A DNA stretch of 64,000 nucleotides from Monocercomonoides exilis PA203 (Eukaryota > Protista > Preaxostyla), in assembly GCA_001643675.2 (NCBI GenBank), contig LSRY02000053.1, forward strand, positions 1-64,000, written 5' to 3'. The position numbers and the translations under genes were made by a program. The notes beneath the pieces were generated by a model. It was not told the DNA's origin, ran no database searches, and saw only the letters and a list, made by a program, of their open reading frames with translations. Of this stretch, positions 12,701 through 24,793 are shown one piece after another; the stretch's first letter is position 1, and every line of letters starts with the position of its first letter.

Positions 12701-13990
12701 GAAGAAAATGAGCTTGTTGATGTATTTCCCAGTGGAGATGCAACTGATGAGCCTGGAACAGAAAAAGAAGGAATCGAAATATTTTTTGAAGTAATATTTT
12801 CAGGCAATTTGTTGCGTTTTTTCTCTGTTAGAGAAGGCTCATGAAAAAGTGATGAAGTGGATGGTAAAGGAAGAGAAGCACTTGATGAAGAATGAGCTAA
12901 AGATGAAGAAATTTTTTCTGAAGAAAAAGGAACGAATGAGGATAAAGGAAATGTGTTGAAAGGAGAGTCAGGTGAGATGGAAGGCGGAGATGAGAAAGGA
13001 GAAGGAAATGAAGTCAACGATGAAGAAGAAGACTGAACATGAAGAGGGTTAAATGAAAATGCTTCTTTTCTTTTATCTTCTTCGTCATATCTCCTGCTCG
13101 ATGATGTGTCGCTTTCTTCATCAAAACTGAGCAAGAATTCCTTACTGAAATTTTCATTTATTTCACTTCTTCTAAATGTATTTTCTTTCGGAAGCAGTTT
13201 CCTTTTTCTTTGTTGAATCCAATTAGCATCATCATAAAAGGATATTTCTATATTGTATCCGTATTCATTTCGTAATTCCTTTTGTGTATAATTTTCTGTT
13301 AATGCAATAATCATCTTATTCTTGATGGGAGCAGAAGCATCATTGAACGCAAACTTCAATTCTTTCACAAGACACGTGAGAGGAGCTTCAAAGAAGGTTT
13401 CGAAAGAAAGATAAATTTATAAATTAGGAAAAAATGTTAGCACAAAGGAAAATGATGAAAAAAAATTTCGAATCATTACAATAAAAAAACAAACAAAGAG
13501 GTGATTTCATGTAATCAAAACAAAGCAATTTGCCTAAATCGTTTTCATTCACGAACTTCGTAAACACAAGCAAGGCTCTATCGTATGGCATATTACGAAG
13601 CAATTCTTCGATGCTGTCAACGTCTGCTTTAATTGACTTCCTGCTCATTCCATGATGTTTTCTTCCAGTATTGAACATAGAAAAATATCTTTTCTTCAAT
13701 TTTATCAGCAAGAAATAAATATTGATTGAAGATAGTTAAAAATAATGAAAATACAAAATTATGAAATTTCAAATAATGAATTCAGTGCTGTTCTTTACCT
13801 CTTTCACTAAGATGAATAAAAAATGAAAACAGGAAAAAATGTTTTTAAGTGATTTTTGATCAGAAATATACAAATAACTTGTGCATTTTGCGCGATCCAA
13901 AAAACTTTATTTTCCTATTCTAATTTGTATTTTTGATCAAGTTGTGCTGAACAAAACAAAAACAATTCATGCCCAAATTGCCATGATCTT
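9788..13990 (-). mobile_element. Non-autonomous AAGATCATGG-terminal DNA transposon carrying a USP gene
   Basis: Left end aagatcatggcgtttttggcat (9788) and right end atgcccaaattgccatgatctt (13990) lie within imperfect ~135-bp TIRs (9788-9922, 13857-13990). 4-bp direct repeat TGAA at 9784-9787 and 13991-13994. Termini match those of 20121-26023. Confidence 0.85.
10135..13678 (-). CDS. Ubiquitin-specific protease (C19/USP-like) with a long poly-Ser/Pro linker; predicted exons 13678-13534 and 13385-10135
   Basis: Cys box RGLVNTGSVCSLSSVCQCF; Zn-ribbon CTHC...CNRC; His box YDLVGCIIH...QGHFIAIVKK...FLECNDNSV. The 1077-aa ORF is uninterrupted. The upstream exon joins in frame through a phase-1 GC..AG intron. 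Confidence 0.8.
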
Positions 13991-14099
13991 TGAAAATAAC
14001 AAAAAAATTTCTAAACATGAATATTCGTCATTTATTCTTTATTATTAATGAAAAAAAAATAAAACTTGCACACTCAGACTAAAATTTGAAGTTCAAACT

Positions 14100-17000
14100 G
14101 ATTTATACATTCATATCTTGAAATTGTGTCATTTTGGAAACTTTCATTCGGAAAAGTTCTTGAAGAAGTTGATAAAGAACTGACTGAAAGAATCGTAAAC
14201 ATTTGAACAAGAATTGGGGCTTGAAACTGCTGAGCAAATCAATGCAAAATTCGAAGACGATATTGTGAATATTTTTTTGTCAGAACTGATAAACAAGAAA
14301 TGTCATTATTCAAGGAAAAAATACAGGAGAACAGAAGAAGTTCAAATCAGAATAAACGATACAAATATTTCTCTCATCAGTGATCCTTATTCGGATGCGT
14401 TGAACAGAATATTTTCAATGATATCTGGAGAAACAACACTTGAGACATTGGAAATGGAAGGATTCCGCCTTGCAGAAAAGGAAAATGCATCATCAGCCAC
14501 AACACTTCCTGGAAAGACTAACCTGTTTGCTCCGCTGTAGTATTCAACCAACAACATACTGCAAAACGACAAGATGGGGGCTGATGCAGACAACTCTGAA
14601 CATTCCGAGCAAATTGGCAATGCCGAACATGAAAAAATGCCTCCACATATCTGGAATTAGTTATCAAGAAGCCGTGCTTTTCTAAAGAAAACGATATAAG
14701 TTGTGGATTCCTTGCGGAGCGTCACATAATTTGTGGAAGAGCTCAACCGACGTTTTATTTTTTCGATCTTCTGTTCAAATCCAATCCTGTTTAAGTGTGT
14801 GACGAGCAGAGTTGGCGGTGCGCTCATCCACTCATCATCGTTACCTGCCCAATTTGCACGTTTCACAACTGTACGAGTCGCTATTTCTTAAACAGGGAGA
14901 AGGAAGTGATGGTGCTTCACATTCACACCATTCATCTGGGTTTAATGGTGGGGCAGGATGGAATGATGAAAGAAGGGAAATATCAGTATTTGAAAAGCAG
15001 TCACGTCAAAGATTATCAATTCGGCTGGGAGGCTCAAAACTCCTGCAATTCTTTCCTTTTAAAAATCATTTTAAATTCAGTGGATGAGACATGCCTCATC
15101 AACGCAAACAACAGAAAAGCTTTCTTTGATTGGCTCTCCTCCGAACAGCACATCTCTGTCGCTGAGTACACCACCAAATCCATTGGAGCATATTTCCCAT
15201 CATCAGATTTCGCACAAGAACCAGTTTTCCTTCTCTCAAAACAGACAATCAACGTTTGCCTCGCTCTTTTCTGACCAATACGTCATCGAAACAGGCTATG
15301 CACCATCAACTTGAGCATTTTCGTTTACGACTTTTGCTTTTTACACTCTCATTCAGTCTGCAGCTCCAATGTTTTTTCAGTCGACTGGACAGCAGATACC
15401 ATTTCACCGATCGGCTTCTCTTTCTGTGTTTTTTTCATTAACAACATCACGAAGCACAACAGCCTCGTTTTTTCGCCAGTCCTTTGGGCATTCTCGAAAC
15501 GGCTCCTTCTCTATCCGTGCATGTGGCAGGTTCAACCACAGATCGTTTTCATCTGTCAGCTCGCATCAGCCTGTTCGTGCATTGACACACGAGCAGAATA
15601 CTATTTTCTTTTTAAAGAACAAGCAGCTCAAGTTTGACGTGGTGGAGTTACGAGTAACTCCCGATCCAACATCTCCTCCTCAGTCCGTTCCAGATAACCA
15701 GCCATATGTGTGCAGCTTTTGCGAAATGCGGTTTGTGTTAGTTGTGTCGCTTCCAACACACATCCACCAGGCATACTCGAAGATGGACATGACGGAGCTG
15801 ATAAAGCAGCTTTTCGAAGCGGAGAGAGAGTATCTGCTCAGAGGAATGAAGAAGATAACAATGTTGGAGAAGTTGCTGCACATTGTTTTGCACATCTTCA
15901 GTTCGTATGAACTGTCTACGCTGAAGTCAACAGAAAACATCCATTCTCAACAAGTGATCTAACAACAGCAAAGACAACAACAACAATTCAGTTCATTTGG
16001 AGCAAGCGCATCTGCGTCACAGCCTTATTCCCTCGATTTGCTGTCTGAGAAGAAGATTCCATTTAGTTTCAGAGGAGATGCGAAGAAGAGTTAAGGAGAT
16101 GAAATTAGCCTAATCGAATTCAACAGAATGGGCGATGGTCTTTCACATTCTGGTGGCTCAACGTCTTCAATTGCAACAGTCTCATCAGAGTCAATAACAG
16201 TTTCGTCAACCAACACGTACACCTCTGCCTTTGTTAACTCTGTTTCCTCATCTTCAACTTCTGAGCTCTAAAACTATAGATATTCTCCATTATCTACTGA
16301 ATCTTCTCTGCCTTCCTCAATTATGACATTCATGCAACCTTCTTCTTTATCATATTCAACTTCTTCTATGAGTGAATATGGACCAGTGTCACACAACAGC
16401 ATTTTCCGCTCAATCGGAGCAATTTCGCGGAATGTGCTTTCACTCGACAAGATTTCAATGGGAATTGCGCGATCAGGTTCTGTTCTGATCCAACCGCCAC
16501 CCGAGCCGCTGATTGCAAACCTTGTCACTTTATTTTATACATCGTTAGCAAGCTCGTCAGTTGTGCTTTCGTTCACCTCTGTCATTCTTGAGTTCTTTGT
16601 TCAGCTTTTGTAGTGGCGGACTGCCTTTGCGAATCGACTTGATGCTGAACTTTGTTATCTGATAATAATAATTGTTGAAACGCTGACTAAGACGACTCAA
16701 AGCGTGGATGTTTCATCGGAAAAAATCGAAAAAATGCGTAGACTTTCATCTGAGTTTTCAGACTTTCTCGGCAGAAGAATCGATTTTCAGATAAAGTTTA
16801 ATGATATGAACGAAGAGATCACTCAGCTTGTGAAATATCGACCAGAAGGCAACGAGAAGATTTTGTCACTTCTGAATGAGTCGACGGAATCGTACAGCGC
16901 TTTGGAGAAGACACATGCAGAATTTTTGGTAGAGCTGGAAACGAAGAAGAGTCAGCTTGTGGAATATCTCTTGCACAACCAAGAGGACTTTGTGTCCGGT

Positions 17001-17200
17001 CTATCAGTTTTGGTGGAAGGTGCGTCTTCGGCTCTTGCTCTGCTGAATGATCCAGAGAGAGACACAGATATGCAGACAGAGACTGCCCAGCGTTATTTTA
17101 ACCATGTGAAGGAGAAGAAAGCAAAGCAGCGGGAGCTCAACAGGGATGAGGTGCTTTTGTGATGAAATTGAAAACTTTTCGACAATTGAACGATTTGGAT
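14100..17200 (+). pseudogene. Hypothetical gene with many frameshifts/stops and a coiled-coil C-terminal part
   Basis: Overlapping plus-strand ORF fragments 14214-14540, 14795-15274, 15369-15962, 16323-16613 and 16704-17162. Confidence 0.45.
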
Positions 17201-18429
17201 GGGGAATCACATTATGAACGAAACCTGTTTGTTCTCATTGATGATAAATGAAGGTTTGTAACGAAAAAATGAGATGATCCTGTTGTGAAAAAAAAAACTT
17301 GTCAGAGGAGAAAGAGCCTAAAAACAATCTCCTCATCATCAAGCAATAATTAAATGCAAACTATTAATGTCCATCACAGTGTGCTCTTTTTGAAAAGTTA
17401 TTTATTCTCGATGAGTCTGAATTATCAAATTGATTTTCAAGACTCTTTTGTCGTAAATATTTCTCTCTCCACCCCTCCTTCCTATTTTAAAAAAAAAAAT
17501 TTAAAAACAAAAAAAAATTTTTTGAGTGATATTAAAATATCTGTTTTTAATAATTTAATTGAACTTTTTGAAAGAAAATTCCAATACCATCATCATTTTA
17601 CCAAATCTTTCTTCAGAGATTAAGATATTGGAAATAATTTTTTTAGATTATTTGTTTTATTTTGTCATAAAGTTTTCAATAAGAATAGCTAGCTTTCATT
17701 TTTTTAAGATGCAATGGTAAATACCACATTAATCAAGAAATTTCATTTCATTTCCAATAAAAATGCAAGTGGAATCTTTTTCAAAATAGGAGTGAAGTGA
17801 AGAAAATGTGAACAAAAAATTGTCATATAAAAATATCGTTTTTAATCGAAAAATATTTTTTGAACGATATTATGCCAATTGAGAGACCAATATCAATAAA
17901 CTGAATATATTTTCATAATTGTACTTGTTAAAGAAACGATTGTCACAATATGTTTTAGAATTATTCTCAAAAACAAAAACACATCATTTAACATTTTCTT
18001 ACAAATAACATTTTAATGAATATTATCAATAAAAGTCTCTATTAACAAAATTAAAATTTGAAGATATGAAAACAAAGTTTTTTTTTTAGAAATTCTTCAA
18101 CAACCCATTTTTGATTATTCTCAATGTGAGTTGTTCATAAGTTTAAGATTTTGGAATGAAGTTCACAACTGAAGAGTTATTTTGATATTTCGTTTCCACA
18201 ATTATAAAAGTTTTCAAATGCTAATGCGAAAAAATGCTATCCGGATTTTTATTAACAACCTTTTTAAATTACATTGTTTAACAAAATTTTCTGCAAGATT
18301 TTTCGAAAGAATAATTTTGAAAACGTGTGGATTGATTTTTTTATTGTAATGATTAACATTGATTTTTTGTGAATAAAGAAAGATTATCCAAAAGTTTTCT
18401 TTATTCACATCATCTTTTTCAAATTTGTT

Positions 18430-19580
18430 TCAATATTTCATAGTGAACAAACTGTCATTTGTTGTGCTATCCTACACAACTTCAACAGTCCTGACACTTC
18501 TCTTTATGCCTTCAATGCTTCTTTTCTCCACCAAACACGCTCTTCACCAAATGCTGCTGTTGAATATATTGGATCTGAATCTCAAAGAAAAGAATTAAGT
18601 AGATTATCCTTTACTGATTTGAATAGAAATCTCTTCGAATGGTGCGAATGGAACGATTCAACTGGTGGGAGTGATCATAGTGGTGCACTTTATGTTTCTT
18701 GTACAAATGCCAATCTCACAATCATTTCTTTTTAATTCAATAATTGGTTAACCGAAGATCATGGAGGAGCGTTGTGCTGAAATTGTTTGTTGAATATTGA
18801 TATGATAAAATCCAATATTTCAAATTATTTGCTGCTCATGGAGGAGCAGTCCATACTACAAATCCACAGCACAATTCTGCTTATTACCATTCAGAAAACA
18901 AAGTCGAAAATTGTTCAATATCTGGTTGGTGCGGAACTGGTTGGTATTTTTATATTGGTGCTTTTCCATCAAACGGCCAATTCCTGTTTTCCAAATGCAA
19001 GTGCATCTCAAACTCTGGTGGTGATTCTGCTGGCTCTCTCACATTCAATAATCCTCCACAAAATAAACCAAATCAATTTTTGGTAAATGACTGCACGTTC
19101 ATCAATAATAAATTAACTGCTTCTTCGACATATGGAGGTGCTGCCATTTTCTACTATTCAACCTATTCCTGGATGAATGGAATAAAATTCATCACATTTT
19201 GTTTCTTCGATGGCAACACCGCAACAAATGGCAGGGGGAATGATGTGTTCTTCAGTGGCAATGCAATCACTCAGTCTCCATTTGAGAATTGTGGATCAAC
19301 AACTCCAACAAAAAGAGTGTATAATAATGGACAAGCTGATAACTCCGTGTATAATGGCTGGCTCCCCCTCATCGCCCAGAACAAAATAGTCTCAAATGGT
19401 GGAAGTGATGTCGATGCCTGTGGCAGACACCAACATGCCCCATGTGCCACCATCGAGCATGCCCTCACCAGCTTCATTTCCCTCCTGCATGACGCCTTCC
19501 TCACATTTCTCACCTCAACGTTTGTTCCTCTTCAAACACCAACCTTCCGTTCCACAAATGCGAAAATCACAGTAAACTGA
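18430..19580 (+). pseudogene. Degenerate member of a beta-helix/adhesin-like surface protein family
   Basis: Motifs CTFINN..YGGAAIF, FCFFDGNTATNGRGNDVFF and CGRHQHAPCATIEHAL; stops and frameshifts upstream. Confidence 0.6.
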
Positions 19581-20119
19581 AAAATTACTCAATTGCAACC
19601 AGTGCAACAAAATGACAACATTTTCAATCATCATGTTAATTTATTTCTTTTCCATCATCGCACATAACCTCTTCACTCAAACGAAAAAAATGTATTATAT
19701 GTTCAGTATTTAATTATTAAAGATATTTTCATAAATATTTTATGTTATATTTAAATGATTGAACAATTTTACACATGAAATACAACAGACATTTTTTTCA
19801 TAACTTAAAAAACCAAAATCAATCCATTTGTTATTCATAAATAAAACGACAACCTGCAGACGCTAGCATTTTTATGTTGTTTTGGTTTTTTATCAATTCG
19901 TTTCCAGCTGTTATATTAATTCGTTTGATAAAGATAAAAAAACCTTTTTCTCAAATAAATTTTCACTCAAATAATTAATTTATTACCAAACAGAATTTTT
20001 GAGAATAAAATTAACATCAACATATGCTAATAATTTTTTTCATGTGCAATTAATTAACATTATAAATTGAAAATTAATATAAAATAAAATTTAATATTTT
20101 CTTAATTTCAAATATGTCG

Positions 20120-20513
20120 AAAGATCATGGCGTTGTGGGCATTTCATTTTTTTTGATCGAAACAACATAAAATGATATTTAACAACTATCTGGTGTTGAA
20201 AAGTCCTCCTCCACTTTTGCCCAAAACGCACAAATAATTTGGTTAACTTATGATCAAGAATTTAGAATGTTTTAAAATATATTAATAAGATCATGGGCGT
20301 TTTGGTCATTTTATTTTTTTGCTTAAAACAGCATAAAATGATATTTTCAGCTTGTAAAGTACAGAAAAAGTGACTTTCAATGTTGACCAAAATGCACAAA
20401 TAATTTGGTTTTATTATGATCATTAATTTTGGGAATGTGATATTTGTTTGAATATTATTCATTTAATTTGTGAATATTATTGCTTTAATAATGCTTTCAA
20501 GTCATCAGAAAAT
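20120..20513 (+). repeat. Left TIR, containing two tandem ~136-bp terminal modules (20121-20256, 20287-20422)
   Basis: Reverse complement of 25631-26024 with no indel (paired coordinates sum to 46144 at both ends). Confidence 0.95.
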
Positions 20514-20714
20514 AGTTTTGTAATTTTTATCGTTCAATATGAGGTTAAAAAAAATTCTGAAACATATATTTCTTATTTGAGCAAAAATATTGATATTTGG
20601 TTTTGTTTATCGAAATTTCTATGTTGAAAATACAATTAAAACAATAAATGCAGAGCTGTGAAATTTTTATTAATTGATAATAATTCCATAATAAATTTGA
20701 AAAAAATCACAAAT

Positions 20715-21733
20715 ATGTCATTTTCTAAACAAGAGTCAACTCTAAATTCACGGTGCAACGTTCTATGGAAAGAAATACAACGCATCGGTGGAGATGACGT
20801 TGATTCATTGCTCGTCTATTTGTTTTACAACTATAGAAAATCATCTGCAGTTATCAATGATTTACTGAAATCCTTGAATGGTTTCGACTTCAATATTTTT
20901 TGATTGATTATTAACTTATATTTTTCTCTTGCAATATTGATTTTTAATTTATATTTGTTTTTTTGTTATTTAAAAAAACTCAGAATACTACGAAATACTT
21001 CTTAAAGATCTCTCAGTTGTGTACAAGCACGCACAATTGCACACGCAAACGATGATCCTTCAAGCACTAACGCGAAATGCATCATTATCTGAACTTCTGG
21101 ACTATGGATTTGACATCACTGAAGGAAAGTATAATTATGCAAAACAAACTCTCACAAAAAACCAAGGATTTTTAATACCTGCACAATTGCCTCACACACC
21201 ATCGTGTAAAAGTGGTTTGTATTGTATTTTTCTATAATTTCATTTTTAACTGTCTTTTTGTTTATTCATTTATTTAACTTTTTTGAGGTCTTAATGAACA
21301 AGATTGGGAAAAGGGCAACAATTGGATGTTGGCCCATTCCACAGAGGCATCAACTTCACTGCAATCAGCCAAGAAAAAACCAAAAAAAGTTCCTGATTAC
21401 GCACAGTTCATTGAGGAATCTGCATGGGATAATATTATCATTACAGAAAAAAATAATTCTCACAATATACAATCTTCTCCATCAGAAAAATTATGCCAAC
21501 AAAATAAAAAATCAAATATTATATCAGAAAAAAAATCTTCTCCATCTCATGCAGTTAACGATCCTATTAACACTCCACTTCGAGCTGAAAGATGGACTAC
21601 AAAAATCAAACAAAATAATACACTTCATTACCGTCGAACTTCTCCATCACCAATACCATTTCATAAACTAGTTAAACAAAAATCTCCCATTTCATCATCA
21701 TCTTCTTCCTCTCCTTCTTCTTCTTCTTCCTCC

Positions 21734-21765
<32 letters not shown>

Positions 21766-24643
21766 ATTTTCATCATCATCTTCGTCATCATCATCTCCTT
21801 CTCCCTCTCCCTCTCCTTCTCCTTTACCCTCTCCCTCTCCCTCTCCCTCTCCCTCTCCCTCTTCTTCTCCTTCTCCTTCTTCCTCTTCCTCTTCATCATT
21901 ATCTTCATATTCTTCTTCTTCCTCTTCCTCTTCTTCCTTTTCGATCAAAGTGAAAAGAAAAGATACAATCAATTCTTCTCCAGAAGACAAAGCAACTTCA
22001 TCTTTTTGCAACGAAAATATGTGGGTTAGCAGCCAACTTATGGAATATATCACCTCACCCACTCTTATTCCTCCTCATGCGTTCCAAAATCTAGTCTCAT
22101 CTTTCACAAAAGAGAGCAACATTTTAACACAACAACAAAAGTCACAGTTTATTACAAGAGATAATTCAACAAATTTTGATCCGTTTATTTCTTCTTCATC
22201 CAAATCAACGGCTAATGTTTTAAAATTCACACCAAATACTCCATTAAAAACAGTAAAAGGGTTGGCAAATCTTGGAAACACATGTTACTTGGCATCTCTT
22301 CTGCAATGCTGGTCCTCGATCTGCAGTTCAAAACCAACGATCTTCACAAAAACACATTCAAATAAGACATTATCTTCTCGAATGATGAGTATATGCAATC
22401 AAATCCTCAAAGATGGAACAAAAGTGCATTCATGGATCCCATCAGTTGTTAGCAAATGGGAAGACTTTTGCGGATATGGAAGCAAACAGCAGCAGAATGT
22501 TTCAGAAGCTTTCGAAAATCTTCATAAATTGTTTGAAAAAGACGGATTATTAAAACAAGATAGTTTCAATCCAGTTATAATTTCACATATGAAATGCGTG
22601 AAATGTCAAAAACTCACATCACATATCGACAACATCAACAATAGCATAATCATCAATTCTTCATCTACACACAATGGTTTATCTTCTTTGTTTTCAACTG
22701 AAATACTGGATGGAAAAAATAGTGTATATTGTGAAGAGTGCAAAGAAAAATGCTGTACTGCTTGTTGGGAGGAAATGATTTCATTTCCAGAAGTACTAGC
22801 CCTCTCCCATGAATGTGCTGATTCTGCAAGTTCTCCACCTTCTCGAACACTTCTTATCGAGACTGATATGTCGAATAAACGTTCATTTTGCAAAGGATTT
22901 GCGAATGAAAATAAAACTTCATTTCACAACAAAAATAAAGAAACAACATTCTATCACTTTATTGGACAAATCCTTCATAAACAGTTTGATAATAGCAATG
23001 GTCATTACATAGCCGTTGTGGAAAGAAATAAAGGAATGAAAAAGATGTGGATCACCTGTAACGATGATGATATTGATGCATTTGACAGTGATAAATGGTC
23101 AAAGTCATGGAAAGATCTCTTTTCTCAGGGCTATATTCCTTCTTTATCATTCTACGTGAAAGAGAAATCACAATCAACTCAACCAAGTGTCCAATTTGGT
23201 GGTTCCTCTTCTTCATCTTCCTCTTCACAATCCAAAAATATCAACAATTCGTCCACAGAAACAACTCCCCCGTCATCGTTCATCACACCACTGCATTGTT
23301 CAACTTCCATTCCTCAATTAACTTCATCAATCAGAACTGACTATGGATTAGAAGCACTTAAAGAAAAAAGAAAGAAAACGGGCATCTTTTCTCCCAACGA
23401 AAAGAGATTAATCTTCAAGCCAAAGACGAAATTATGGAAAGAGTTTTCTGAAGAATCAAACATCAAAGTTTCTCTTTCCCACTTCTACAAACTCACCACC
23501 AATTTCTCCAAAGCGAAAAGACGAACGGATCTCTGCGGCATGTGTGAGAAGTTGAACTATCTGGAAAACAAATTGAAGTCATCGCAAAACAAAAATGGAC
23601 TGTCTGAAGCAGAGTTTCATACACTTAAATTACTTCGACAACATCGTCTTGTTGCAGAAATGCAACGAAAACATTATCAATCAACTGTCGACAATCTGAA
23701 AAAGGGAGAAGCAGTCTTCGTCTTCGACTTCAAAGAGAAATGGAAACTCCCCATCAGAAAAAATCAACTTCAACAAGAATTCTTTAATTACCAACAAGTT
23801 TCTCAATTCACAATCATCTCTCTTCAAAAAATTAATAATCAACAAATAAAAAGAACTTTCAACTTCTTCTCCGACTGCCTCTCAAATGATCACAGATTTG
23901 TTATTGAGTGTCTGGAATCTGTGATCAAAAGACACTTCTTCTCAGACACTCACACTTTTAAGTTCTTCTGCGATTCGGGTCCACACAACCGAAATCGCTT
24001 CCTCCTTCACTTCATTCTCTCCAAACAATCCAAACTTCTCAAAAAGAAAAATACACAACTCAACTTCTTCGCTGAGCACCACGGAAAGAATATTTGTGAT
24101 AGTGAATTTGGTGCATTAGTTAATTCTATCGACAACAATCTTTCAACTGAACACATCACTTCACTTCATGACTTAATCAACTTCTTCGAAAGCAATATGA
24201 ATGTTTCGACATCTGTTTCATCATCATCACAATTTAATATTTTTGAATCATCCTCATCAAGCAACTCCCCATCGTCATCATCTATCAAGGAGTGTGTGCA
24301 TGAGAGGTACTTTGAAGAGTATGTGCCATCTCAGCAAATTTCATGGCCTTCACTGTCAGTCCCTCACATGAAGGACTACTTATTCTTTGAGCGCAAGGGC
24401 TCATTTGTCTGCGCATCTGCTGTTGGATATCTTCCTCAACGCTCTCTGGTTGCCCTCGAATCTTCAACAATGAAAGAAAAAGTTCAACGTTCAAGAAAGT
24501 CATTTCACTCTGATATCACATCATCTAACTCTTCTCTTCTTTCTCAATCTTCTCAAGATCTTCTTTCAAGAAGATTTGATCTTCTTCTTGACTCTTCATC
24601 TTTAAATGAATCTCAAAATTGTATTAATGGTGTTCCTTTTTAA
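20715..24643 (+). CDS. USP (C19) deubiquitinase fused to an RNase H-fold DDD transposase, ~1250 aa; predicted join(20715..20880,20984..21214,21288..24643)
   Basis: USP part: KGLANLGNTCYLASLLQC, QQQNVSEAF, CVKC..CEEC, HKQFDNSNGHYIAVV..WITCNDD. Transposase part: KRRTDLCGMCE..H, VFVFDFKEKW, FFCDSGPHNRN, FFAEHHGKNICDSEFG. Two GT..AG phase-1 introns join in frame. Confidence 0.85.
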
Positions 24644-24647
24644 GAAA

Positions 24648-24793
24648 CTAGTTGTTGTGTATGCTTAGCTGGCGCTCTATCGGAAGGGTGCTGGACATGA
24701 CTGTTCGTATTAGATATTGCAGCCTTCGGGCTGCAATATCCGGACCTGGATACGACGAACAGCCTCCCAGGTACACAATAGTTAGAATCCGAT
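24648..24793 (+). ncRNA. Putative structured RNA (multi-stem, cUUCGg hairpin) directly 3' of the transposase stop codon
   Basis: Closing stem 24648-24662/24771-24785 (15 bp, 4 G-U); stem 24669-24678/24685-24694; stem 24701-24708/24755-24762; perfect 12-bp hairpin 24713-24724 UUCG 24729-24740. Forms a GC-rich island in AT-rich DNA. Confidence 0.65.

Noticed and set aside
20262-20462. Identical 66-aa ORFs at 20262-20462 (-) and 25682-25882 (+)
   Set aside because: By-product of the perfect TIRs; AT-rich and non-coding.
24695-24765. SECIS, hammerhead or HDV-like ribozyme assignment for the structured RNA
   Set aside because: AUGA is present but there is no partner GA quartet or AA loop; no CUGAUGA/GAAA core; not enough room for an HDV P3/L3 on either strand. 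Left unassigned.
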